Assembly: GCF_026571515.1 (NCBI RefSeq)
Contig: NW_026864239.1
Span: 248,001 to 312,000 of the forward strand
DNA from: Ruditapes philippinarum
Lineage: Eukaryota
Length of the DNA: 64,000 bases
Direction of reading: 5' to 3'
Shown here: in pieces, positions 27,600 to 42,449 of the stretch
Position numbering within the stretch: position 1 is the stretch's first letter
Layout of the letters: every line of letters starts with the position of its first letter
Position numbers and translations under genes: made by a program
The notes under the pieces: generated by a model
What the model was told of the DNA's origin: nothing
Databases searched by the model: none
What the model saw: only the letters and a program-made list of their open reading frames with translations

Positions 27600-29950
27600 G
27601 CTGGCTGTATTTCTGCGTGCAAGAGGGGTTTCTAATTAAGATTGTCACATCATAGTCTTAGATATTCACAAGGCAGATAGAAACATAATAAAAAAATCAA
27701 TCAGCATGACTGAAATCTTCTAAATTAAATAATACCCATTATTTTGAGTAAAGAACAAATGAATTGATTTGTGTTCAAAACAAAAAAAGTGTCACCTTAA
27801 ACAATTTGCAAAAAATTCAAATGAATTTGCAGAGAATTCACGTGACCATTGCTTAAAAAACAACAACTAAGTGTTTTAAAAGGATAGGCAACTTCAGATC
27901 TTGATATTTTTTGTTTAAGAGTAAATACAGAAGTTGAACATATAAGTCTGAGAATACGTTGAGGAAATATTTAAACCGGTTAACTGAAATTCAATTTCCG
28001 TGACTTTTCCATTTAAACATTGAAATATCTTTATTACGGTAACCTTAAATCATGCAATGGTTAATATATTTGTATAACATATTCCGTTCATCTTTAGACG
28101 TTTACGAATAAACAAACAACACTACAATAATATGAATATGCAGACAGTTTTTAGCTTCTCGTCTATAAATAAGTAAATACAATTGCAATAGATCATGCTT
28201 ATGGTGATATGCTTCAAAGTAAACACATTTTCCTTTCCTTCAGACAGACGGGAATTGCAAACATGTATATATTTCAACCTACAAAATGTCAAATAAGTTT
28301 AGAGAATAGTTTGATGCTTCATTTGCTTTTTCCTTTTGACATCTTCTTGTTTTGTTTCTTTGTTGCTGTTGTTGTTTTTAAGCATATAAGAATTGGAGCA
28401 ATAAGTTTTTGAAATTAACTACCGAAATCTATACATATGTAACAACATGAATGCCATTCTATTTTGGCCTAGTATGTTACGTTATAGACATATCATAAAT
28501 TTTGAAAAACTTATTGTTTTCCTCCCTCAGAGTTTATTCCATATACATTTATCAACCCCGAATATTTCATATATTGCAACTATAAATATCATTTCAAAAA
28601 TATGATACAAAATTTCAATAGATCAAACTCTGATTTAAATAAAAGCCACGTCTGTCTGTCGTTACAGTAATTGGACAAAATCTGGTTTTAAATGTGATTA
28701 ATTTCTAACTTTCCGGAACAACTGCTAAATTGAACCTAATTGTACTGTAATGGGCCCTTAAAGTCGTAATGTCATGTCGATAAACGCTTAATAACAGTTC
28801 TTCAGTCTGGATAATGACGATATATCGAATACCAGTCTGACTTCCCATCAAACAGTGATTAAATCATCCAGAAAAAATGATCTCAAAGGTCTCATTTAAT
28901 CGCAAAAAGGACCGTCAAAATTCTTAGACTAGAAAAAAATTAAGAATTATTACCAATCTTAAGGTTAAAAACAAACGAGACTATAATTTGAAAAGTTGAA
29001 AATAGCAACTCGGAGTTTTTTTAAAATTCCTATCAATTTACCGTATTAATTACATGTTTCATAAGCTATAACCTATCATCGGTCTGAAACATACAACTGC
29101 AAAACAATGATAACTAGCTATTTCAGCCTCTGCTCTTTTCACGGCAGCCTGTAAATCTTTTACAAACACGCAGGTGTACATGCTGAAACATTATTATTCA
29201 ATTTATCCCAGATATCAATCAAGGTCAGGCAGGAGGATAAAATTTTCTACTAGTAATGATCAGTTCAAAGATAGTTCAGAGCAGAATGGTAGCCTCTAAT
29301 AATTATGATTCTTCCTTAACATTACATATATTATCATGACTAATTTTATCATTGCTGTGCGTTGCTAATTTTAGCTGATCAATATAATGTGATATGTACT
29401 GGAAGAATTATATGAGGTACATATTTGTTTTACTGTTTAAATAGCTTTAATATGCCTTACTTATCGGCTTTTGAGCAGTGTTTGTTTTTCGAGTTCTGTA
29501 TTTTTTCTTTAATACCATATAATCTAGCCTTTTAAATATACATTTAAAAAAAACGCACGTGAAAACTAAGTACATGATTTTTCCATATACATACATAGAC
29601 GCGAATTACAATACACTAATTCGACGTTTATTCATGCACTTTGCAGCACATTAAATCAACATCAAGTTTTCTTATAGCGCCATTTGTAAAATTGCCAAAA
29701 AATTATTTATATGAAAATAACGGTAAATGTACTTTGAAAATCTGTGTCTTGAAAAGATTCCAACTGGTTTGATACTGACAAAAGCTAGGTATCAACCAAT
29801 ATTAGAAAGGTATTTTAAACTTATCTCTATATATAATAATGATGCAATGTTGTTCACATTATACATGTATGTTGCATTTCAAACACATATTTAGGGTATA
29901 AGAATGTATGCCTCCAGATAAGCCAAAATAGTTTTTTTTTGATGTGCTAA
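27600..29950 (+). pseudogene. TLR pseudogene (LRRs-TM-TIR)
   Basis: 28645-29300 is paralogous to 26170-26900 and 38880-39500. T*KL/YMIF juxtamembrane (~29557). FDVY and YENNGKCTLKICVLKRF/PTG..NIRKV TIR remnants (29620-29815). Confidence 0.8.
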
Positions 29951-30399
29951 CTACTTAATATTTTAAGATTAGTTAAACATATTTACAATTAAAGAAACAA
30001 TTTACATGTTATATGCAACCAAAGACTACTATAATTGTAGTATTTATCACCATATTTCTACTGCATAACTAACGCAGTAACGGCTATACTTGTATATTCT
30101 GAACACCTTTATTTGTAGATTTTAAGCACCGTTTGCAATCTGTAAATTATTTTCTTTGGTCACTTAATAATATTTTACACAGTAATTCATTTTTATTCTT
30201 TTATAAAAAAATAGCATGAATCTGGAGGCATGCTGTTTAAAAGTTAATAATGTTGTAAGAATTCATAGAATGTATAATAATGAACTGAAGAAGTACGAGA
30301 ATTGGTGTTTAAATAACTTGCTTATAATTATTAAAACAAACGGAACAGGATTCAAATTTTATGACGCGAGGCATTAAAGACAGAAATGGAAATGCAATA

Positions 30400-31450
30400 T
30401 ATGCATGATAGTTAAAGTTTTAACTAATTTATTGCGGTTATTTCTACTTTAACAGTAGCTGAAATCAAATGATCATTTTGAGCGTTATATAATATACATT
30501 TGACTTTAATCACAACAGTTATGGAGAAAGTAGACAGTATCAGGCATGTAGGCAAATATAATGCCCTCTAAATGTATCATAAAGGAAAACCGATCTTGTG
30601 CTAACAAACAAGATGCATAAGGAAAAGTTCATAATTATGCATTCTTTAATTTATTGACAATTAGTAAAAAGTGAAATAAGTGTTACTGTTTAATTAGTTA
30701 AAAGGAATTCATAAATCTTAAATTTAAAGTTACTGCCTTCATATCGCTGCTGATATCATTATTCGACATTTCTAATCTGTAAATAGGTCTATTTGCTTTA
30801 TTTTCCCTGATTATCATTGGAAAACAGCAAACCAATAAAGAATGAAACATCTTTTAAGAGTAATTTCATGCAGGATATGCGTCTGATTTAAATATTGACA
30901 CCATATAGTATATATTCTTAGTTTCATTTTCACATGTCCATGGCATATTTCCGTTGTCTTATACACAGGAAATTGCTTTGATGTGTTGAAACGTAGCCAA
31001 AGCGCCTCGAATAAATTACATTCTACGTTAAATCTATATTCAAAAGCAATGCAATTTGTACAAACAATATGCATATAAGAAATAAGGATTATAAATTGTG
31101 TGCAAAATATCAAGTAATTGATACTCATTTAAATTTATTATAGTAAATTATTTAACTTGAATGAATTAAAATCAAATTTGTTATAATAGAGCAAATCACA
31201 TCGATTCAAAACTGAATATTTATCTTTAAAATGACAATGTAAAAATGGTTTGTTTGTCAAAATGTATCCTTATAGGACATGCATCATCTTTCAATATCAA
31301 ATTTAGTGTATCAGATGGTGTAAATGCAAAGATAATTAGAAGTTTTCTTGAGTTTATGTGCCTTTTCTCTTATCGAGTTTCATGCCATAATTACGAAAAT
31401 GAAATCATAGAGTAACTGTTCTAGAGAAACTTGTTCCATCAAAGTCCAAA
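30400..31450 (+). pseudogene. TLR N-terminal fragment
   Basis: MIVKVLTNLLRLFLL signal-like start, C/PSKCIIKENRSCANKQ LRRNT remnant (~30562-30610), then LRR remnants. Confidence 0.55.
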
Positions 31451-32149
31451 CGCCAACAAAAATACAAAACAAAGAAAAACGACATGTTTGAAAAACTAAA
31501 CGTGTTACATAGATCAACAGGGGGAAATGAAGAAGAATTATAAAAAATAATACTCACGCCGTAATTAGAATCGTTATTTGCGTGTCAGCAAACGAATGTT
31601 CTATCTAAATCTTTTGAAACAAGTCATATAGACCCACAACACATTTTTGAAAAATCTCAAAAAATATTACTAGTCTCACCATGTCATAAAATTCATAATA
31701 GACCCTTTAAGTATTCTTTTTCTTGAAATGTATTTTCTCTTTTATTAATACTTATAAATCAAACAAAATATAAAACCGTCGAAAGAACGATCATTAGGAA
31801 GATTCAACCCAGACTTTTATATCTCATATACACTTTTATACGAATGCCTATTTACATATAAAGAATTACATATTTGTCTGGATAAAACAATCCATCTTAA
31901 TAACTTAGAACGAAAGCGGCTACTGGAATAAGAAATAGCATTGAAATGCAGAGATACATTGGTAATATTCCATTGACATAGAATGTATTTAGAATAATCT
32001 ATTATTTGATAGATTAATGAACGCAATCCCCACATGGCCCAGCAATAAGAACCAGTGGCAACTGGTTAAAACTTTGTATTTTTACAATAATACTGTTGTT
32101 ATTGACATATGCAAGGATCTGTTATTTTGTTATTGCCCATGTTAATATT

Positions 32150-34480
32150 AATTTAACTGTAATGCTAATTTTCAAAATGTCGATAATTTCTTATCGGGTT
32201 CACAAATATTTTCTTTTTTCTTTTTTTTAATGTATATTTTATTATCAGTTGAAATGGTACGCTTATATTCATGTAGACGATGTTTCTCAACAAGAAATGT
32301 TAAATCTACATATATATATATATTAGAATTTTTAGCATGTGGAGTCGGTCAAAATAATTTGACTAATACAGCGTCAAATAAACGGATAATATGTCAAATT
32401 CAAATTGCATTTCTACCTCTAGACATTATCTTTACAACAGCGTATTCGTTTGTATCTTTTATCACGAAAGTCCGTCGATAAAAGTTTCTTTCGGAGTTAT
32501 ATTATTTTCTTCAACAACAATTTAGCCTGAAGTTAACAGACCTACCGAATATTGTATTGATACCTTCTTCAGATTAACCTTTCTGAAAACTGCAAACACG
32601 TTCTTCGATGTATAATCATAAACAAACAAAGCGTTTATATCAACGATGCGTCAATTTGTCTCAGTAACTATGAAGTTAATTTTCTTGAAAACTGTGTTCT
32701 TACAAAGTATTTAACGGATAACATGTAAACTATATATTAGACATCATATTAGTGTTAATTATATTGGATATATTTCGGCATCAAAGGTATTGTTTTTTGT
32801 CACTGCACAACAAAAACTTCCCTACTTTCATTAAGTAAATCTATCAATGATACAAGGGTGTACATTAAATGGGTAATATTATTGTTTTTCTTACATACAA
32901 TTTACGTTCGGATTTGCGCCAAGATTATACCAATACATATTATTTAATCTTTAATTATTTGACTGACAAAGACTAATTTAACTTAGCTATTGAATAAATG
33001 ACGTAAAATACTAAAAAATGCAATATTTTTTTCATGTATGCAATAACAACATAAAATCGAAATTTAAATATTTATATTGAACGCTACTCAAGTCGTTAGT
33101 CACATTGAATAATATTGTTGGCTCAAATGTATAAGTTTTAGGAATCGTACACACAATATCAAAAAGAAATTACGGCGCAAATTATCATATGATTAAGACT
33201 AAATAGCGCAAAGCTAGCCTCTTTCGATATATGTGCTGTTTCTTACAAATGTTTCAAATGACCCCTTATTTGCAGAAACCGAAAGTAATCAGCATTTGCC
33301 ACCAGTACCTGTATATGTATATTGTTTGCAGCTTAAATTTATCGTATTTTGATTTTATATTCCTTTAATTCTAAATGGACGTTCGATTTAAACAATTAAA
33401 CTTTAAAAACACATTTAAAAGACATCAAAAAATATTCAGAACCAAGAACCTTGTTTTATCTTCATATTCAAGACTTTGAAACTAAAAAAAACTTTTATTA
33501 TTGCTCGATAAATGTATGAACAAAACAAGTATCAAAGATGAAAAAAATGTTGTTTTTTTATTGTCAAGTTCAAAATTTATATCATAACAACTAAAAATAT
33601 TTTAAAATATTCATAATTTCTTGAATGATCTATCTAACGTTATAACACTTTTAGCATGTTTCAAATGTTAACGACTTGTTTACTATGTATTCAATGTTGC
33701 ATATGGCAATGCCAATAGAAATGTTGTCATTCATGCCCTTCATTAAGATTTTCATCTTGACATCATGCATAACGATTATTTGCAAAAACTTATCCCTGAA
33801 TATGACACATATCACATTTCTATGCACAAACTTTTTATTTGACCCTTATTGCACTAAAGCTGGCCATTATCTTTGTAATAAAATACTTATAAGCGCTTAA
33901 TAAAAATTGATCAATTTACATAATGATAATAATTGAAATTAGTGGACATTTTATCAAAAAGTGATATACGGATTATATATAATCTCTAACGTCTTTAAAT
34001 AAAATTAAAGTTTGTCAGAATACCTAGTGTTTACCTTCCTTGCATTTCAATTAAAAAGATTTAAAGTCTCACTGGGAAGAAGTTGAATGCTCATTATGAA
34101 AGTCGGTAGAAGTCAAATTCTTTTAAGAGCAAGCAAGTCTCATTACATTCCTGCAGAATTTGTTTCTGAAAATGCGGCCTGCAGCACAGTTAAAACCAAA
34201 AGTAATTACATCGAAATGATGTGTATACGAAATTTAAACGGTAACAATATTGATCCTAAGATAACACCGAATCAAGCAAAATACAAATCAAAGCGCACTG
34301 AAGGACTTTTAACTTTGATATCAAAGGAATACATTAGGGATAAATTGCTATTATCTTAACTGTTCGTGTTTTCACAACACCTTTGAACCTCATTCTAAGG
34401 CAGGTGCACAAGTTGAAATCTTTTCAGTTTTTAAATTCAGCCATGGCGCAACACGGAAATAGAACTAATAGAACTAATCT
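32150..34480 (+). pseudogene. TLR ectodomain pseudogene (paralog of 39850-42250)
   Basis: Colinear diverged similarity to 39850-42250. ORF 34087 contains RNLNGNNI..TEGLLTL LRR remnants. Confidence 0.65.
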
Positions 34481-34599
34481 CAGACTAAATCTCATAGGGA
34501 TAAAAACTGTTGTGCTGCATACAAAAAATTTTAGAATCCTCCCTTAATGATACGAATATACACAACAAATTCAAAATCATTGAATCTTCAAACAAAAAT

Positions 34600-35750
34600 T
34601 AAAATCAAAAATGATAGATTTGCCAATCATCAAAACACGCATGACCTCACAAGAAGCAACGGTATAAATGTATGTTTCTGCTGTGCATAATATAACAGCT
34701 GCTTATTAAGAAGTAAGTTTTCATTAAGACTTTATGACAAGAACAAGAAAATAAGAGTAATAAATGAGTTTGACTGGCAATAAAGATGTAGATGTATATC
34801 AAGTGTAAAAGATTATAAGTTAGTTGGTGCCGACTTGCTGGTATTATCAACACAAAACACTTACATCTATCACACATGTCACTGTGTATTTAAAAGAAAA
34901 GGCGACAAGGATTTTTATTACATTTTTATTGAATTTTCTGATTATGTTATTTGTGATGTTTTGGAATAATTCGCTATTTAATTAGCACAATATTATCATG
35001 ATTTACAAGAGAAATATGATACTGTCAATAGCGAAATGAGCTTCACATAAGTAATTATTATGGTGATTAATCATTATTATCCTATTAAGATCAATTTATT
35101 TTTTACAATGCATAAACATGTTTTTAGAATTTGATTTAATATTGGATGTGTAAGATAAATACTAGAACCACACAATATCATGTTTATTCTTCTCTGCACA
35201 CATCACTAATAGTGATCACATAAAATAGTTTTTGCCTAAATTGACAGGTCAGAAATTTCTCAACTGTTATCACTGACAGTCGCCCTTAAGACCCGAGATT
35301 ATCCGATTGGATAAATAATGTGTTATTAATATCAAATGGTTTAATTGTGTATATAAAATGTCTGCTGTTACACTTTTGTTGTGTTTCTGCTTTGAAGTGT
35401 TTGAATAGTTAGTGCTGATTTATGTCAAATCTTTTTAATTCGTATTTCCATCTTATTTTGTATAGGTAGGATTCTGCGCACGAAAACTGCCGTTCATCAA
35501 ATATAGGAAACAATCATGCAAGAACGGCATTGTATTAAATTTCACATAAATTACTTACAACTGACAGATAGCAATACAATAAATAGTTCACAAATATAAA
35601 TAGTTCACAAATATATAAACAAATACTTTTTAAATAAAATCACGACTGACATGTCTCTGATGATTCTTTTGAATTTTTGAAACTTTTAGCCCACAAATCC
35701 TTTTTCTTTTTTGATGTGTTTTACTTGTTTCATTTAATAATACTTTTGGC
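34600..35750 (+). pseudogene. TLR N-terminal LRR fragment, type A
   Basis: Paralogous to 42450-43900, 47350-49050 and 62290-63600 (aaagaaaaggcga.. and/or attgacaggtca..gacccgag blocks). Lacks their hairpin-element insertion. Confidence 0.6.
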
Positions 35751-35799
35751 TTAAAAGTCGTTATAGAAATGATACATGTTACAATTATGCATATTCCAT

Positions 35800-38700
35800 T
35801 GAGGGAATTATTCTTGTTCTAGCCAAACCGCAGGAAAAAGAAAAACAACAACAAACGTAAAAAATTCATAATTCTGTCAAATCATATTTTTATATCATAG
35901 GCTACAGTATTTTAATAAAGGTTTGACTTGATCATTACATTGAAACAAATAACAAAAATAAATCAGTCTCAAAGTGTCGTTTTTTGAAATAAATATGTTT
36001 GTTTTTATGTTTTGAATAGTTCACAGTCGACCATAAAGAAATGGCGACACACATCTTTACATTTTTTCCCTGAAATTCAGTACAAGTTTTTTATGCTATT
36101 GAATTATTCATATTCTAAGAAAAGGTTATAATTTCTAACAGCAAAGCTTCATAACAAACGATGGCTCTAAATATTATAGCACACGAAAGTGAACCTTTGC
36201 ATAGGCTAATGTTTGGAAACGTTTTTAGGTTTGAATTCAATTGTACATGTACTATTATTTTCTTACTTTCAATTTCGACATTATACACGGAGATAAATTG
36301 CTGTTTATTTTATAAATAAAAATAATAAGAAGAGCAAACTTGTGCCTCTATATAGCATTTTTCTAATGGATTTCTTGGCGTATCATTTAAATTCTTTAAA
36401 TTAAAAAAATATCCTTGAAAAACAGACAGAAAGTCCATAAAAAAGATTATAATTAAACAAACATGTTTTCGACATCATCAAAATAAAAAATAAACAAATA
36501 AAAAACATGAATACATTTTTGTTACAACAGTGTTATATATTGTTTAAAAAGTGATAAAATTAAGCTGTTTACAATAATGCATTCATTGACAGGCCTAAGA
36601 CTTCCGTAACTGACATATTTGACAACCGCCCTCTTGAACCGTGGTAATAAGATAAGACGAAGACTGTATCTGGGATAAAAGGTTATAGGATGAAAAGTAT
36701 GTCTTTCCCCAGTTTGACTCCCCTGTAAATGTGACAATGATTGATGCCATGCATAGATTTGTTTTGTAATTTAAGTATATCAGTAGACAAATCATATATG
36801 TAAACGCGGATCAAAATGAACTTAATATTCTGAAATTGTTTTATCAGAACGTTACACCCTTATTTACTTTGTAGAATATGTAAATACACAAGCTGATTAA
36901 AATTAAAAACTAGAAAAATTACAATTAAAATACGACTAAAAATAATATTATTATCTTTGAAACAATTTTACATACTTTGAGTGATTGTTTTTAATCAACT
37001 AGCCATTGTTTACATACAGTGCAAAATGTGTGTGCATTCATTAATTCTCTTTCTTCCCAATTGAAGTATCAGATAACATTGATAGCGTCTTTAAATGTGT
37101 TTCCAAGCCGTCAAATATTCATCGTTACAAAACAACAACGATATAAGATAAACATTTTGCAAAGGTTAAAAATAATAATTGCTCTATGCAATTAAAAAAA
37201 CACATTTCAAAACTAAACGACACACGGCATACAAAAACATATTTTCCGAGATTTTTTCAATAAAACATATGAAATAACTTTATAACGATAATCTTTTAAA
37301 AGCATGTTTCTGATTATTCATATTCCTAACATTATTACATTTCCTTTAGACGTTTACGTGTAAACAGACGACACTTCAATAATATAAATACTGAGACAGT
37401 TTATAGCTTTCGTCTATAAATAAGTTAACAGAATTTCAGTATGTCACACGAATTCTGTTTTTTTAAAGAGTAAACACAGTTCCTTTGTTTCATCCAGACG
37501 TGAACTATGCATAGCAAGACTGGTAAGTTAGCATACAAAGTGTAAAAAAATATTAATTTGTTATTTCCTTTTGGCGAAATTTATTAAAGAAGTGTCTGAC
37601 AATTGGAACAAAAAATTTGCCTCCGAAAATATCATAAAAGTTTAAATGTTTAACGGAAAACCATGAATATCCGTCGCTTATGATAATTTATTGTCATGAT
37701 ATTCTACAAATCTGTACATAACATGATTATTTGGTGTGGGCATTATGATAAAAGTGTATAAACTATATACCGATATCTGGCATTATTTTATAAAGAATAC
37801 ATCTAAAATACCTGTATGTTATAAATATGGGGCGAATGCGTCGATATTATTTGTAATTATGTGTCGATAATCGCACATGATCCAAGCTTAATGGTAAATG
37901 CCGTACTAAATATAGTAGCATACTTTATTGTTCCGGAATATTTTATGCTGTTTATTTGCAAAATTCATATTCTGATAAATCAATAAAAAGCATACATTCT
38001 ATCTTACATATGTTTCAAGAATTAACCATAACTTTATTTAAACAATATAGTTTTACTGTTTATAGATTTTATGAAAATATTTTCCGCTCAGGCGGTCCTT
38101 AACAGTTTGGTCCGACCGTTGACGTCATCATAAATATATTATTTTTAGACCACAGAAGGAACATATTTATATAAGGTCTGATATTTATATTTATTACCCT
38201 TCAAGATTTTTCTAGCCCTTTTTTGATTGGATATTGATCCGCCGAAAGAAATTGATATTACAGGGCCAGACGGGTAATATACACACTAAATTTCCCCGTC
38301 GGGTACCCCACGTTGTAAACAACATGCGCTGTGGCGATGCGCGTACGGTTTGATTATACGCGGTGTAAATTCAAATATACAAGCACGTTCTAACTGCCAA
38401 ATAAATAATATTTACCAAAATAGAGTAATAGTAAACATTTTCATCAGTATTGAAAACAAATATGACCTCGTCAAAGCTTGATATATTACAAAAAATAGTG
38501 TCAACAGACTACTCCTTTTCTCTTGTATACATTCGTTAGGTACCAAAGCAAATACGTCATGTATTTATGTGACGCCATGTTGTGGTGGAGGAGTACCCTA
38601 AAGGGAATCTTATTTAGACGTTTCATTTGAAACAGCAATAATTTATTTTATCATCGTCTTACTCGGCAGGGAAGGGGTAATAAAATCATTATTTTGGTTT

Positions 38701-39600
38701 TGGGGTGATATATGTGGATATATTACCTGCCAAGATAAAATATCAACCTCGCCTAACGGCTCGGTGCAGGTAATTTATCCACATATATCATTCCAAAACC
38801 AAAATAACATATAATATCATTTATTATATAAAAACTTTGATACCATGACCTCAACAATATTGATCAAATTTAAATGAAAATTTTGTTGTGTCTGTCGTTA
38901 CAGTAATTGGACGAAAGTGTTGCTTTAAATGTGATAAATTTCCAACTTTCCGGAACAACTGCTAAATTGATCTTAATTGTCGTGTAATGGGCCCTTATAG
39001 TCGTAATGCCATGTCGATAAACGCTTAATAACTGTTCTTCAGTCTGGATAATGACGATATATTGAACACCCGTCTGACTTCTCATCAAACAGTGATTAAA
39101 TCATCCAGAAAAAATAATCTCAAAGGTCTCATTAAATCACATAAAAAGATTGGCAAACTTCTTAGAAAAAAGTATTTTTCTCAAATCAAATATTAGAACA
39201 AGTCTCAAACTAGACTATTGAATAGATTTTAATTCCTGCCTTTTCACATTTAATTTCACAAGGAGATATCAAACAATGGTTTGGTAGCAATAATCTCACA
39301 ATGCTATACCACACGATGCAATCATCAATGGCTATCTTTTAGTCTTCACATTTTTTTCTCAGCGGATGTTAATAAGCAGGTGTACAAGATGAAATAATAT
39401 TATTCGATTAATTCAAGCTATAAATCGAGGTTCAACAGGAGGATGAAATTTATCATTTCGTACTTTTCATGAAACATGAGATCAAAGCAGAATAGTAGCG
39501 TGTAACAAATATGATTATAACATTTTGTTACATAAAGTCTACGGAAAACAACATTCATACCATTGTTATAGTTACTTGAAAATGTTGTAAAATATGAAAA
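35800..39600 (+). pseudogene. TLR ectodomain pseudogene, type B, interrupted by a hairpin element (may be two fused fragments)
   Basis: aaagaaatggcgacaca block shared with ~44230, ~49240 and ~63930. LSG/NNC*IDL..SLDNDD..DFSSN/IKSS.KNNLKGLIK (38945-39135) matches consecutive TLR LRRs. Confidence 0.75.
38185..38815. mobile_element. Long-hairpin element with asymmetric inverted repeats (opposite orientation to 22873-23650)
   Basis: IR tttattaccc (38190) / gggtaataaa (38675), then hairpin arms 38689-38720/38776-38807 with loop ctcgcctaacggctcgg. tgattgg near the other end. Confidence 0.8.
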
Positions 39601-39849
39601 AATCAAATGGTTTCCAAATACGTAGTATGCTACTCGTTCTTCTCAACATTTAATATCATACAAAATATTAAGATATGCAAGTAAACAGTGTTTTCAATTC
39701 ATTTCGTTCTCAATCATTTCGGTTAACATTACATTAAATTAACAATAAAACATGTTTTAAAATAAGAAACATATAGGGATCGGCTATTTTGATATTATCC
39801 GTTGTAATATCAATTCAACTGTATCATTTATTTTTTAAAAATTGACGAT

Positions 39850-42250
39850 TTTTTTTTCTTATTGGGTTAACAAGTATTTCAATTAAATGTTTTAATACTG
39901 CAACATGTATATTGTTGTAATTTTAATGATATCGTATAACGAGAGTAGTCGATAATTTAAAAGCAAATTGTCATAATGTTAAGTTAGATACAATAGTATA
40001 TTAGAATGTTTAATCACGCAGAGTCGGTTAAAAAAATTGACGAATATCGAATTTTCTGGAGCATTTAAACCCCGAAAAGTCATACTTTAACAACATGTCT
40101 TTTTCAATTTGATTTTTAATATTTATACATTATCTGTTCAACTGCATAATACGTTGTTTCTATTTAGCCAAAGAAGTCCGTCCGTTGATGAAAGTTTCTT
40201 TTAGAGTTATTCTATTGTCTTCCACACTGTTTTAGGAAGGCTAAAGAATAAGTAACAGGCATACTGAGTTATATATTTATCTCTTTCAGATAAACTTTTC
40301 TGATGAACTGCAAATAATTTCTCCGATGAATAAACATAGATCAACAAAGCCTTTACGATGACGATGCGTCAAATCTTTTTCCTTCCAATATCTCAGTAAC
40401 AGTTATAAATTTTGAAGGGAATATTCTTGAAACTTGTGGTTTCATATTTGGTATACGGATTAATTGTTAATTATGTAATAGACAAACCTATTTGTGTTTT
40501 ACGTACTGGATTAACTTTGGCATCAAAGGTATGTTCACTTAATTTTGATTGCAATATTGTAGTGAGGTTTCCTTATTATAGTTCTTGTTTACAATTTAAT
40601 TGCAAAACAAAACCTCCCTTGTTTCATTTAGGAAAATATATTGAAATGCAAGGGTGTATATATGATGGGTAATTAATGCTTTTCCTACACAAATTATTTA
40701 TTAAGATTAGCGCCAAGTTTATGATAATTATAATTATCAAGTTTATGATAATGATACTTATAATAATCCTTACATATAAGACTTTGATGTCAAATTGACA
40801 TAATATGTAGAATCAAAGCGTTAAAATTCGTAAATAAAGCTATATTATATTGACGCTGTATGCAATAACGACTTATACACGCATACCGCAAGTCGGAACT
40901 GATATATTTGCTGTCTAAATAAACGCTACTCAGGCCGGGTGAAATATTGATCACTGCTGTAAGCTTAACCATAAAAGGTAAATAACCATAAGATATTTCT
41001 TTAACAACATAAATACATAACAAACAAGCAAATATACCATAAATGTACTTATCCTTACAACTGTTTTAGTTGACCCTTAAGTTGCTGTAACCTTAAATGA
41101 TCGGTATTTGCCACCATTATAGAATCAGGGGTTCAGGCCATTCTGAACAATCATGCAGTCTGACCAGGCGCTAAAAATGTTAGTAGCTTATTGTATTTTG
41201 ATACTAATATCCTTTAAAATCATGGACTGTTCCATTTCAAACCCTCAAAAAACATTATCAAAAATTTCGATACATTTCAAGAACAGTCAAGGAATTTACC
41301 ATTTTCTTTTCTTACAAATTCAAGAATTTTTTGATAACTGTAAAAACTTTTAAATTCCCAATAATTTAATATTTTAACAACTTTAAACATTTTAATATAT
41401 TCATGATTTGTTAATTGACCCATCTTACTTAAAAATATGACAGTCTTTATTTTCAAATGACAATAACTTGTTTCCCTATGTATGTAAACTTTGATAAGAA
41501 TTATTTTCTTCAGATATTTCATGCAGCAACATATGTGCTCATGCCTATGTTGAGTAGAGAATAGAGAAAACCAACTTAATATTTTTTTTTCACTGTCTTC
41601 AACACACTTTACAACATGTCAGGCGTTACAGAAACTAATCCCTAAATAAGACAAATAACATATTTCTATGCACGGATGCTGCATTATTTCTTATTGAAGT
41701 TGGATAAAATGTGTAGGGTTTGTTTAATCAAATTGTTAAAATGTATAATATAACTATAACTATACAGAAAATGTATATTTTCTAAGAACTTTTTAAATGT
41801 AAAAGCTCGTCAAAGAAACTAAAAATTTATATTCCCCTTACCTAAATCAAAACATTATCTAACAACACACTGATATAAAAATAGGGAACTGGATGAAAGA
41901 CGTTCATTCTGTATATAAGAGAAGTGAAATATTTTTTTTAGATACAAATCACAACATTTCTGCAGAATTATTTTCTGAAAATCGACCTAAGGCAAATTTT
42001 AAAATTGAAAGTTATTTCATTGGAATGATGAGTAAACGAACTTTTCACTAAACAATATTGATGCCTAAGTAACACCAAAGCAGAAGATTGATTCAAACTT
42101 AAGCGCATGGAAAGGTATTTATCAAAGGAATAAATTCGAGATAAATTGCTATTATCCTAACCTTGAGTGTTTTCACAGCACCTTTAGCATCACACTTGGG
42201 CAGGTGCACAAGTTAAAACAGTCTTAGAAACCTGTCATAGAACATAAAGA
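39850..42250 (+). pseudogene. TLR ectodomain pseudogene
   Basis: LYDDDASNLFPSNISVTVINFEGN (~40351-40422). PQKTLSKISIHFKNSQGIYHF (ORF 41153) resembles LP.TL..LSI..N...G.Y.F. Confidence 0.7.
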
Positions 42251-42449
42251 GGGAACTGATATAAGATCAATGGTTCAACTAATTAAAACAAAACAAACAA
42301 AGAAAAAACAACAAAAAACAAACAAACTATGATAATGCTCCGAACAAAGGATTTTGGCATCAAACATATTTTTAAAGAATACAAAAACAATTATTCGTTC
42401 AACTATTAGAGTAAAACTTTAAACTCAGAGGCGAACTAATGATAGTAAA

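Noticed and set aside
41290-41340. NACHT winged-helix-like YHFLFLQIQEFF
   Set aside because: The context (PQKTLSKISI..G.Y) and paralogs place it within a TLR LRR series.
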